A stretch of 49,330 bases of DNA, filler included, from Bipalium vagum (GCA_037834085.1; 2 parts of 2 records of this genome joined end to end with filler, not necessarily neighbours in it); one strand, 5' to 3'. Counted from the whole stretch's first letter, positions 23,966-36,530 are shown. Made by a program: numbers and translations. The notes: generated by a model from the letters alone, not told the origin.

Positions 23966-25519
23966 TTGGTGTTCGTTAATCAGAGGTTTACCTGTAATTA
24001 AAAAATTATCTATCAATTCAAGTTATTTTCAAAGATTATACTGTTTTAATTTTGCGACATTATGCCTGATTCATACTTTAAATTTTTTTTGTATAATGTT
24101 CTTGTTTGTGATTTTATTGTTCATTATAATTTTTTGATTTAAATGACTTATTAATCCAGTTATAAATATTTTAAAAAAATATTATTATTTTATTGGCTAA
24201 TGATGGAATATTTACAAACATTTTTCAATCAGTGTAAGGGCTTCGTTTTCCAGATCATTTGTGAATTTTAGATGATGCATCTTATCAGTTGTGAACTCAC
24301 TAATATTATTTATAAGAGGAATTTTTTTACTATATAATGTAGAAATATTTACACTAAAATGATATTTCTATCATTGTGTTCGTAGATATTTGTAGTTTAA
24401 TTATAGTTTAATTATAGTTTAATTATTAATATTAATATTACGCAATATTTTAATTCAATTTAGTTTCAGAACAACATAACTGCCCTAATGTTTATAATAT
24501 AATTAAGATATTTAAACAAACATATTATGGTTGATAATAATTATATTATTAATTATATCTTATTAACTATTTTTAATACCGCAAATGAAATTTTGCGAAA
24601 ATAATTAAATTTAAATATCATTTTTTCATTAGGTATTTATTTAATTAGATGTTCAAAGTTTAGAAATAATTCAAATTTAAGTGCATTTTATCTTAAATGT
24701 ATTAAATAAAAATATGAATCAGAAATTTTAATTTATTTTTAGAATTAATTATTCTGATAATGTGTAATTAATTTTTACAGTTATCATTAATTATTATAAC
24801 GTGATTCAAAAAGTGAAGTTTAATTTAGAAAGATTACATATAATTAAATATACAGTTATCATGAGATTTGTATTTAAATGATTCTATAATAAAAAAAATA
24901 ATAATGAAAAATAACAAAAATTCTACCAAAAATCTGAAACAATATTCTAAAATAAATCATTTACGAAATAATTATTTTTAACAGAAATCTTTTTAATTAA
25001 TAAAAATAGCATGATACTGAACCTAATCTGTGAAAATAATCACTTATTAAATGGAAAGAAACTGTTATATTCTGATGATTCTCAAACCAATCTTGTATTG
25101 GATTAAATTAATCTTTTATTAATACAAATAGCTTTGACGATTACATTGATGTTATGTATCAGCTTTGTGAAAAAACAAATTTTTCTTATAATATTTCTTA
25201 TCACAGTCAATTTTTATAAAATAGTAAAACGAAGTTAAAAAACATTTTTAATAATAACCTCAAATTTATTTATTTACAATGTCCATTAATTTTTGAACTT
25301 TTAAGAAACTCCTAACTCATAAATATTTAATTTCAATACATCGCTACCAAATATGAAAACTGTATTATAATAACACCCTACAAGTTTTGTAAAATACATA
25401 AAATAGATTTTTAAATAAATAATATATTGATAATATTTTCTACAACAAACAATGACAATATAATTTATTTTAATTTTTTTAGTTTTAGCCTTGGATTTGT
25501 ATTAAACATTTATCTGATC

Positions 25520-25680
25520 GCGCTTTAAACTCCTAGCACTAGTCGGCTTGCATTCCATGCTTCTAATTTATCTGCATCAAGTGAATTTTCAAAAGTCATA
25601 TCAGTCATGAGTTGATGAATTTATGGACCAATGAATATCCCTTGTTTCCTTTGTGTATTATTTGATTTCGAAAATCTTAT
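25520..25680 (-). mobile_element. Chapaev3-like (CMC) transposase fragment
   Basis: KQGIFIGP*IHQLMTDMTFENSLDADKLEAW matches the KEGIFVGPQIRxL.D..F...L...E..AW block as I recall it from Chapaev3-type transposases. Confidence 0.55.
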
Positions 25681-25764
25681 CTTAATATCAATAATTTCAA
25701 AAATTTTATAATACTATTAAAATATATACCGATATTAATGAACATAGAACGAGCTATAATGTAT

Positions 25765-26075
25765 GATTTCTGATGATGACAGATTTACCTAGATATGCAT
25801 TGGGAGCCGTAACAGCTCAGCAAGTAGAAAATAAAAAAGATCAGTTAATAGTGTATGCAAGCAAAGGACTAAAGAAACACCAACTAAACTATGTTATGAT
25901 AAAAAGCGCCTAGTAATTGTATAAGAAATGAAAAAATCAGAAACATTCTGTTAGGTAAAATGGCAATATTGTTAAGCGCTCATAGTCAATTATAATGGTT
26001 ACTGAAGAATCGAGATACAGCATGTAGGTTGATAATATGGATATTTGTTTTCCTAAAATATGATATTAAAATAAA
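25765..26075 (+). mobile_element. Second Gypsy RNase H fragment
   Basis: FLMMTDLPRYALGAVTAQ..IVYASKGLKKHQLNY...RNILLG..WLLK..CRLIIWI..LKYDIKI. Confidence 0.75.
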
Positions 26076-28888
26076 TTCCTACTCAAATAATTGAGGAAGT
26101 ATCATAAAGGACAAGTACATCATGGGCAATAGTCCAATGGCACTTGAAATCCATTGGGAATTTTCTGCATTTCAGTTGTTAAAATCTTAGAAAATGGAAT
26201 AAAAATAAGTAAATTAGGTTAAGAATATCGATTTGGGACTTATGGTAACTTAACAGCGTGCCTATTGATTAGAAGGATTTATGGAGTGTAGTTCGAACGG
26301 AACTAATGCAAAAATATGGAAAATCTACTAAATGTAAAATCAAATCAAAACTTAAATAATTGAGAACAAATCGAAAAACTTTTAATACTTTTATTGGAAA
26401 AATATATCAAATTAAAAGTCACAAATTGTTTTAATAAAAACCTCGAAGGGTTAAAAGAATTCTTTCACAGTTACCTTGTAGGCTGTGGAAAGGTCCTAAA
26501 ATAATTTAACAACACTAACCGCTGTGTAAATTGTCAACAAAAAGAGAATGTAGAAGATTTGCAAATAAAAAAGAATAATCCTAGTTGCAAGAGACTAGTG
26601 ATTATTGGGAAACGATTATTTAAATGAATCTTGTATAATTTAAATACAAGTTACCAAGATCTAAAATAGAATAATAATGAATGAGAGTAATTAAAATAAT
26701 AAAAATTATTTAGTAGTAGCATTTTTAGTAGTTTTTATATTAGAATTTTCTGTGGATTTGGACTTGAAATTCTGCAACTGACTATTTTTGTTTTCAATTT
26801 TGTCGTGATTAGTTTTCTCTGTCTGAGTTGGAACATTTGACCATTTTATACAAACCATTGTTTTATTGCCAATAAAGTTTTATTGTTGAACTGATTATTT
26901 TTCTTTTATTTAACACCGATCACTAGTGAGAAAGCTAACGACGTAAAGCTTAGACTTATTATTAGAACAGTAATAACAGGTTTAAAAACACTAAATTTGT
27001 GGGGACTATTCCTAAGCAAGCTCCCAGGCAGGGAAAAAGAAAAGAAATCTTTTTTGTGATCCAAAACTATTTTGTGATTCAACCTTAACATTGTGTATAA
27101 ATTCTTAAGATGTAAAATCAATGAAATTTTTATTTAAATTCTTTTTGCATGTGTATAATACAATATGTAATAATTGAATCCCGAGAAAATAAATAAATTA
27201 TTAAAATATAATGAAAATTCACAAAAAATAATAAATAAAATTACGATAATTCTAAAATTAGAAAAAATGATAAAAATTCTTACTAAAAATAAAGGTTGTT
27301 AACAAAATTAATTAAATGGTGAAGAAAAGAATTATAAAAAAATAAATATAGTATAATAAAGATTTTATAAATAAAAATAGATTAAACATTATAATATAAA
27401 TATAAAATATTTTTAAAATTCAGACACACGTTGAACAAGAATTTAAGTTAAGAATTTTTATTAATTATTTCAAAGAGCAGAAACTTGATAGCCGTGCACC
27501 AGCATCAATTATTAAAGGATTAAATAACTCAAGAAATTTTCAACAAATAGTATTTCAAGCGACACATTGGTCTCAGATTACAACGTCAAAGAAAAAAGAA
27601 AGTGAAAAATTTAATTGACAGCTGGTTTCAAATTTCAACGTCAAAAGGAGTATAAAAGAAACAAACGAACCGGACTAAAGGAGAAGAATCTAATGAAATA
27701 ACAAGAATGCAAACACGTAATTCAAAGTGAGAACCAAAGACCATTACTCTCAACGTTGTCACAAACGAATAACTTCACGATTTCGTCAAGAATTCCTCAT
27801 AAAACCGCACTACAGTTCAGAAGTAAAATCTCAATCCATTTCAAGATCAGCAGTATCAAATTATTCTCGCAGGTTTAAAGGAGTAATTTTTATTTATTAA
27901 TAATCAATTAATTACCGAAATAACAATTTGATTCAAAATTGAATATTTCGCAAACTAATTTGATTATAATTTAGCATTTAATTAATTTAAATAATTTTGT
28001 CAGAATAATTGGATAGATCCCCAATTATTCTGTATCATCAAATAAAAGAAATTTTTTTTGTTCTTCTCATAACTTATTTTTTTTGCTTTCTCAACGCCAA
28101 GTAGGGCGGAGAGGCGCTTTTTACTTTCGAGTGCTCTTGAGGCTAGGACAGCGAAGAGCATAACTAAACTACTTTACTTTAATACTTGTCCGGGATTTAT
28201 CAATAAAATAATTTATTTGTTCAACAAAGTTTTTGATATTCAAATATAATTTATAAAGTTTAATAATATTTTCTAATTTGTCTTTGTGAACGATTTTTAT
28301 TACTTAAGTGTTGGAAATCAGTTTTATTTGAAAGTTTTTTTTTGCATCAATATTCACTACCCAGTCGATTAAAAATTACTACATAAACGCAACCTCTTTT
28401 ATATTGAACACGAGCGTAACACACTCAAAACCCTTCTGATTCTTATAAATTTAAATGAGCCACGTTACGTTTTGACTAAATAATATTATCTATATCCATA
28501 ACCCCCAAAAACTTAACAAATTCTTTCTCTCCATTTTGAAAACTGTTTTGGTATTTCATAAATACAAAGTTAAATTATTGAACTTTTAAATTTTTCATTG
28601 TGTAATTTAAATAAATTCGATTGAATTATTTGAGAATAATTAAATTAACTTCCTTTCTAAAATAAAGAATAAAAAGAATTCAATTATTTCAATTGTATAA
28701 CAAAAAATATGGTTTCCAGTTATACATAATTATCTCTTCTAATAATAATCTGAATGTCTAAATATTATTTGTCAGAAAAATAGTTAAAATTGACCAATAG
28801 TATTTATTTAATCTTTTATTAATAAGTGATTGGTTTTGAAAATTAATAATTTCTTTTTTAAATCAAGGAAATTTAATTTAGTAAAAAC

Positions 28889-29164
28889 ATGAAAATGATT
28901 ACTTTATTATTTTTAATATTAACTTGTATTAGTCAAATGAATGTAAGCGGTTTGGCATTTCAGGCATTTCCTTTTTCGTTTGATCAATGTAAAATGAACC
29001 TTAAAGATTGCTTAAATTTATATTTGCATTATCTTAATGTTGAAGAATCAAATATTTTAAGGAAACGTAATTTGGGAGATTTATCCATAAACGGCGATTT
29101 TGCTCTGATTAGACAAATGTTGGACAATCGTAGGAAAGAAGAAAATCTTCTGAAACATGGATGA
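28889..29164 (+). CDS. Neuropeptide precursor, CRF/DH44/egg-laying-hormone-like (91 aa)
   Basis: AAAC-ATG start; hydrophobic signal peptide (MKMITLLFLILTCISQMNVSG); RKR convertase site; peptide NLGDLSINGDFALIRQMLDNRRKEENLLKH followed by terminal G (amidation); AATAAA at about 29277. Confidence 0.85.
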   Translation: MKMITLLFLILTCISQMNVSGLAFQAFPFSFDQCKMNLKDCLNLYLHYLNVEESNILRKRNLGDLSINGDFALIRQMLDNRRKEENLLKHG

Positions 29165-29909
29165 TCTAGATTTGATATACACAAATTAATTTTTAATATA
29201 TGTTGGCTGTGTTATTATGAATTATATTATTGGGGGTTGCCGATTTCAGGTTTTACCTAAAAAGCATTTGTCAAGTAATAAATGAATTAACAAGATCTGA
29301 AAACGTTAAAAAGATCTTTATAATAATGAAATCTTTATTTTATGAGTATTTCTGCGTTTAATTTTACAGATTTTATTTGTAAGTATTACATTTCATTTAT
29401 TGGAATAGGTATAAAACTCGTTCTGCTCGGAAAGTACTTGTGTAACATTTCATTTTTTTTCAATCATTAAATGCTTCAGTTACATTATTGAATATTCACT
29501 AATTATAAAATTGAGGTATTTAATATTATCATTTATCCAAAGGTTCTTGATATTATAGTAAAAAAATGTTTTAATTTTTTACAGTGTAATTTAAACAAAT
29601 GAGAGTGAATGTTTTAAGAGAAATATATTTTAAAAATAAAAATTAAATTAAAATTAAAAATTAATTTGTTTTAATTCATAAGGATAAGAAAAACAGGATA
29701 ATAAAAATAATTTGACAAAGATAAGACTAGTTTTGGAAAATAAAATTATAAATCAGTTCTTATAAGTAACCGATCAATATATTTTACCACCGAATTTATT
29801 CATTTATGTTTATTTATGTAGATGAATGATTCCTTAATTATTTTATAAAATCAATGACAAGAAAGGGTTCTATCTTATTATGAAAAGTAAAGAACATGTT
29901 ATTAATATA

Positions 29910-30039
29910 CAGTAAACCATGTCAATGTTGGGAACATTTTCCCCCAAATATAGATGGTGCTCAAATCATAGACGGTTCATGAAAGCAAATTTAATTTATT
30001 TAATTTTTTAAACAAAATTTAGAGGTACAGGTTTCACGG
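29910..30039. mobile_element. Possible pogo/Tigger-type MITE
   Basis: TA-CAGTAAACC left end and GGTTTCACGG-TA right end (imperfect inverted termini). Confidence 0.35.
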
Positions 30040-30739
30040 TACTTACAATAAGGAAATTTTAAAAAATGATAACATGAAAGAAATAAAAAAAATAGGAAAA
30101 CGGCATATTATATAACAATGATATTCAGCATCAAAAACAACTTATCTCAAATGATGCAGATATACAGACCTGAGAATCCCAATACAGATTGGTTTTTTAT
30201 TTAATTAAGACGAATTCAGCAATTAAGCTAATCACTTTACTTTAGAGAACTAATAACATTATCACATAATAATAACATTTCATCATAAAAAATTCCATTT
30301 CATCGTGTCAATAATAATTCCTGATTTTGTACAATAGTCTCATGCTAATAATAAATTAAGATAATGCCTCTACATATAATTTTCCGTTGTTTAATCAAAC
30401 CGAGTTAACATTCTTAATGTTAATCGTAAAAGGAAAAATAAAAATAAACGAACAAGTAAAATAATTCTGAGTCAATATTTTAGCTTAAATATACTTATTT
30501 TACTGAGGAAGTGTGAGTTTAATTTTCACTTCTTTTTATTAAAGTTTTTCTTTTTTTATCAATTTTGTTTAGTGTAACTTTTAAGAGTTACTATAGTTCT
30601 GCTAACTGTGGCCAACTCAGCACATTGACTCCAAGTATTAACTTTAAATGAATAAACGAGTTAGGTTGAAGCTTAAATGACGTGTTTTTGTCCACACAAT
30701 TATTCAATATGTAGTGTATGAAATTTAACTTGACTCACT

Positions 30740-31558
30740 CTTAGGTGGTGCAAAATAACAACAACCAGAAAAACAATAATTTGTATTTATATCACAATAC
30801 TTCACACAAATCACAATGATAACAATAACACAAAATCGTTAAACTCAATAAAGGGATCACCAGAAATATTAATTTAGAATGTCTTAAATGTCTTGGGTAA
30901 TATCAATCAATGAAATCAAACGATTGAAACAAACTTTTAATTTAAATCAAATGTTAATAAAAAAATAAGGATTAGTTAATTAACACAAATTTACACTTAC
31001 ATTCATAATAAATAAAGTACAAATAAATGTTAAAGAAAAATGAATAATAAAGAAAAAACAATTTTTCAGGTTGTCTTCGTTTAAATTTCCTGAACTATCA
31101 GCTGAGCCTTTACAGTTACTCAGAGATAGCCATCTGGTGTGGTACTTCCTGTACTGAACACATTATGAATATATACATGTATAGGATAAAGTTTCTCAAT
31201 AACTGCTCTAGTATGCTTTTCCGAAATCAATAATAATCAAGTTCTTGAAACCTTTTCTTGGTCAAAATTCTGGAGATATCCTTCTCTTTTTATACTTTTT
31301 TGATGTTGATCTTGACTTGAAAATGAATTCTTGAAATAATCTCAAAAACCTAAAAACTCCTTCAAAAGTCCTGAAATTACCTAAATTTTCCATTTCATCT
31401 TTTTTTATAAGTACTATTATCATTTTAAAATCACCCCATTTTGAGAGCTGTATTTTAAGTAATTTAAAAATAAGAAAATGTTGGTACTTTTCTTTATTTT
31501 TTTAATGATTTTTTTATAGTTAATTATGTGGTGTGCCCAATAATTAGTGAGCCTAATG
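30740..31558 (-). mobile_element. Decayed Tc1-like remnant
   Basis: Minus-strand TACATTAGGCTCACTAATTATTGGGCAC terminus at 31560 and a KRRIS..LTKKRF-type HTH-linker region; weak. Confidence 0.4.
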
Positions 31559-31619
31559 TAAATTAAAAACTATTATAATTATATAAAGTACAATATATTA
31601 TAGGTAAATGTAAGATATT

Positions 31620-32670
31620 TGTTTTAATATATTATTTTATGTTTATCAGGTAAATCGCGTTTTTTTAATGTCCTTAGAAAATGTTCAGTATTTTAGCGTC
31701 ATTCGTTTCCTCTATTTGAAGAAAAAAGTTGAGAAGAAATTCAAAAGGAATTATATTATGTTTAAAAAGAAAAAAATCCTTCATCGGCAACAAAAAAACG
31801 ATGGTACAATGAATTTAAAGTTGGAAGAACATCCATAATGGACGTAGAAAAATCAGGAACGCCTTGTGAAATCAGCTAAACAATAAAGGAAAACCTACAT
31901 GAAATTTTACAAAATGAAAGAAGAATCACAACAAGAGAGCTCACTGAGCGTCTAAATATTCAGGTACTATTCAGTCATTATTGGCAGTTAGTGGCATCAG
32001 AAAGTTGAGTTCACTTTTTTGTCACGTTTTCTAACTGCTGATATGCAAGATTGCCGTTTGAAGTGCTGCCAACAGGATCTGAAAACTTTACAACGTGTTG
32101 GAGACCATACGCTGGATAACATCATCACGATGGATGAGGCGCCTCTATCTGGAAACTTCCAGGAAAGACCAATTTGAGAAAGATGAGGATATCATCACAC
32201 AAAAAAGCATTAATTTTATGGTATGCTAATGGTGTGGTTCTCACTGATTTTGCTGAATCACGTGTTCGTCTCAACAGTGAGCACTATATCAACCTTGTGC
32301 GACAAGCATGACACTGAGAAAGAAGAGCCGAGTCTCTGAATTTTATTATCTGTTTGACAACTCACCTATTCGATTTAGTGGATTACAAACAACAACAATT
32401 AAGGATTTTAGCTTCATTTTATTCCACATCCTTCCTACGGTCCAAACATGGCTCATTCTGATTTCTTTTTGTTCAAAAGCCTTAGGCGGAAACTAAGAGA
32501 TAAAAAAATTACATCAAAAGACGATTTGCAGAAGACTGTCACTGATTATCTGAACGACAAATCTGCCAATTTCTTTCAAAATGCCTTCACAAATTGTTAC
32601 TCGCTGGAAAAAATGTTGACGTTTCTGGAAACTTTATTGAAAAATAATTACCTGTACACGTAATTTTATT
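31620..32670 (+). mobile_element. Decayed irritans-like mariner
   Basis: VIRFLYLKK, KRWYNEFKVGRTSIMDVEKSGTP, NERRITTREL, IITMDEAPL, LFDNSP, PHPSYGPNMAHSDFFLF. Confidence 0.88.
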
Positions 32671-33567
32671 ATTAATATTATTATTATTCTATGGACCCTT
32701 TTGCGGTCCTTCTCAGTATTATTTAACCCAACACAATTAACAGGTGTTATTGAATGATACAATTGAAATGCTTCCAAACTTTGTTAATTTTAATTAAAGG
32801 TTAGAGATCTTAACGATTAATTGTAATCTAATTAAGCTATCAAAAAGCTACAAGTCTCCACCTAATAGTGTTGAAGCTTTGAACTAGTAAATAAGCAAAA
32901 TTGTTATATAATCTTCAAGTGGTCAAAGATTTGAATATTTACACGTTATTTAAATTTTAATTTAATAGCTCCTGCTAAATTTTTAAATTTATGGACACTT
33001 GAGGAAATATATTCGAACCACAAGCATAACAGAAATTGTTTGGTTTGTACTTGCAGTTTCTTGGCATTTTTAATAAATTTTTAAACAAATTTAGTAAGAG
33101 TTATGGTAATTTATGATTTTATTTATTTTAACTTTTTTCATGATCTAGACGTACCACGATAAGAACTTATATACCAAAATTCATGGTTCTTACAGTACTT
33201 TCAGAAAAATATAGATGTATCTCCGATACAAAAATGCTGTAGACCAGTGCTATTTTACTAAATTAGTTAAGGATGTAAGTAGTGGTAAAACTACTTGTAA
33301 AGTTCGCTAGCCAATTGAAATTGTATATATTGGATAATTTTTAGGTTCAGATTGCCAAGTGTTTTTAACAAGTTGTTTTAACACCACTGAGGTTTTTAAC
33401 ATTTAGAATTAATTTTTACTGTTTGTCGAAAAGATAACAAAAATTATTTTGAAGTTTAAAAGTATTTCGAATATGAGCTTGAACAGATAACTCTCTGTTT
33501 TTTGTAATATTATTTAATAAATTTAAATCATTTTTCTTTCAAGCATACACAAAATCATTTAAATTTC

Positions 33568-34610
33568 ATGGTGTCCCATAAAAAATGACCGTTTCTGAAA
33601 TATCAACATTAAAGCTAAATAAAGTTTTTTTAAAAAGAATTAATTAACTATTGATTTTTTGCATAAAATTTTACGTAGATTGCTTGATAAAATATTAAGA
33701 TTAAATATTTGCTTTATTATTCATTTTAGCGCTCAATTAAAATGTCTACAAAATTTGAAATTCGTGTAATTCTTCTACATTATTAGAAAAGACAGCTGTC
33801 AGCTGCTGAATCCACCAGATTAATAGTAGAAGTTGAAGGCCCAGATGCGCTCAATGAGAGGACAGCAAGGCGCTGGTTTTCAAAATTCAATTCCGGTGAC
33901 ACCAGTCTCCAAATTGCAATAGGTTCTGGAAGACCTTTGGTCTTCAAAGACGATGATCTACTGGATTCTATAGAATCAGATCCTTTTCAATCGACTCGAG
34001 AATTATCATCTCAAATAGGTCATTCAAAATCCACAATTCATCGTCACCTTTGTTCTCTTGGCAAAAAATACAGAGTGCCTCGAATGGACCCACATCAGCT
34101 GACAGATGTGCAAGTTGATAAACGATTTGAAATTTGTAAAAGGTTGTCGGATAACCCATTTAGCCAAAGAATTGTCGCTATGGATGAAAATGGATCCTCA
34201 TTAATAATCCACACAAAAAATGGCAATGGTTATCAGCAAACGAGTCACCTGATGGCAGGCCTAAAGTAGATAGATTTGGAATTATGAGGAAATTGAACTC
34301 TTACCACATCCTCCGTACTCCCCTGATGTTGCAGCATCAGATTTCTATTTGTTCCGCTCCAAGGCACATTCTTGCACTTTTCATCCACTTTGAGAATATG
34401 GATGACTTGGAAAAGTGCCTATCGGTATTTTTTGACTCTAATTCTCCAGGATAGTATGAAAATGGAATTCTCAAAATTGCAGAACGTTGGGCTCTTGAGT
34501 GTGAAAACGATGGATTTTATTTTATTTCATAATTTTATAATGTACAATAAAAATTTTTTGTTGTATTTATTGAATTAAAACGGACCATATTTTTATAAAT
34601 ATGCTGTTTA
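33568..34610 (+). mobile_element. Internally deleted mariner
   Basis: MSTKFEIRVILLHY, RTARRWFSKFNSGD, SGRP, DPHQLT, IVAMDE, then jumps to LPHPPYSPDVAASDFYLFRS. Confidence 0.9.
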
Positions 34611-35504
34611 CATCGTTTTAAAGAAAGAATACAAATTGTCTTTCCAATATAATATGATTATATAGGAAAAGAACTAAATCTTGTCTAACTATAAATAAGT
34701 TTTGGTCAATTTTCTTTATTATTTATTTTTATTTTAATATTTTTTATACTTATAAAACAAAAAATTATACATAATGTTTTCAAATTCATTATATATAACT
34801 TATATATAGTTCGTTTAAAACAAATATTTTGTGTTTGATAAACGTAGATTTCGATCAAATTTTTTTTATTCAAAAAAATTAATAAATAATTCAAATCATC
34901 AGTAAATGGTTAAAATATCTTTCCTATTTTACACAATCTTGATAAAGATCGTTGAGTTGATTTAAATTGTCTTGATAAAATTTACTTGTCATTATAAATT
35001 AAGGAAAAAGAAGAAAATAAATTAAGAGACATGTGATAATGAAACCACTTTTACATGGTTTACATTTTAAATTATAAATTATCTGAGTTCTAACGTTGGT
35101 TATGTCTATCATTTTAAGTTTAATCTATTTCAACATTGTCTCACCAAGGACTAAATGATGGTTGGAGAAGTCTTGTAAATATATAGCAAATTAAAAATTA
35201 AAGTATTCTTACATTTTTAAATCATCAATTTTTTGAATCATTTTTCATAAATGACCGAGTACGATAAGTCTTCATCAAATTAAAAGATAATGACAGTTCT
35301 AAATTTGTTTTTTTCCAATAAATTTTTTTGTTATTATTATTGCTAGAACTCGTAATCTTGGTGAGACAGATCAGAATTAAAGAAATCCTTAAGTAATTAA
35401 ATTTTGTGGGATTCCTAAATTTTGCTTTTCTCAAGTCATTTAGTTTTATTATCGAATTTAATTGCAAATTCAATATAGAATATCATTAATTTACTTTTAT
35501 TAAT

Positions 35505-35675
35505 TAATTTTTATTATTTTTTTTATTAATCTATTTTTATTAATCTATTTTTATTAATTTATTTTTATTAATTTATTTTTATTAATTTATTTTTATTAAT
35601 TGATTTTTATTAATTGATTTTTATTAATTTATTTTTATTAATTTATTTTTATTAATTTATTTTTACTAATTTATT
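35505..35675. repeat. 14-bp tandem minisatellite (TTTTTATTAATTTA)
   Basis: About 11-12 units with block-wise variants (..ATCTA x2, ..ATTTA x3, ..ATTGA x2, ..ATTTA). Confidence 0.9.
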
Positions 35676-36269
35676 TCATTTCTCTTTAGTTATAAATTAT
35701 CTTTAAACTTGTAAAAAGAACTTATATTGTTTAATAAAATAAAATTTTTAATGTTTTTATTATTCTTTTCATTTTATTTCGCGAGTAATTAACTAACCCC
35801 CGGTTAAATCAAAAATTTTTTTTCTATATAATGTGACAATGGTAAAATTTTATTAAATAAGAAAGATTTATGTTTTCTTCCCAAATGTATAAAATTGTAA
35901 AAATTTATATACTTTTCTTTTGTTGTGAAATTATATTTATATTACATATTTGAATTGTTCTTTTTACAATAATAATATTATATTATAAATAATACAATAT
36001 TAATATTATATTATATTATATATTATTATAATAATATATTATATAGTAAAAATAATTATATTATATTATAATTATAAATAGAATATTATTTTTCTCATAA
36101 ATATAAAAATAATATTAATACATTTTACCAAAAAGTTCTAAAAATTAAAATATATATTGTTTTAATTTTCTTTCCTCAATTTAATTTTCTGAATTTTTGA
36201 TGAAAAAATATTTTTAACCAAAATATGTACTTCATAACCCTTATTCAAATTTTTATATTTAAGAACATA

Positions 36270-36530
36270 GACAGTGTGATATTTGTGTAGTTACAGGGTT
36301 TTAAGTTCATTAACAAATGTTTTAAACTAAATAAGAAACTTTTAAGCTTCAATAACAGATTGATACGGATTAATTGCAAAAATACAACCAGTAAAACAAA
36401 AATTTGTTATGGAAGTTTAAAAATTTGTTTTAGAAAAAAGTTTCTTATTGAAGTTTAAAGTTTCTTATTTAATTTAAAACATTTGTTAATGAACTTAAAA
36501 TGATGTAAATACCTTAAAAGCATCACCTAG
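36270..36530. mobile_element. Foldback MITE-like inverted repeat
   Basis: TTTTAAGTTCATTAACAAATGTTTTAAACTAAATAAGAAACTTT..CTTCAATAA (36299-36355) is near-perfectly inverted at 36445-36500. Confidence 0.75.

Larger units (their letters stand above)
21490..24330 (-). mobile_element. Multiply deleted Polinton/Maverick (adintovirus-like) relic
   Basis: Co-oriented minus-strand fragments of integrase, GLYF-repeat protein, penton, A32-type ATPase and major capsid protein (see sub-features). No pPolB, protease or TIR recognised. Confidence 0.85.

Noticed and set aside
24393-24426. Three 11-bp repeats (TAGTTTAATTA) as a Polinton terminus
   Set aside because: No matching opposite TIR or canonical (AG)n/(AGT)n end; could be simple slippage.
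26470-26670. Apparent 24-25 nt GT..AG micro-introns on the minus strand
   Set aside because: Splicing them does not give a continuous open frame, and the supported genes here have long introns.
35505-35675. Tandem array as CRISPR-like locus
   Set aside because: Head-to-tail 14-mers with no unique spacers, in eukaryotic context with no cas genes.
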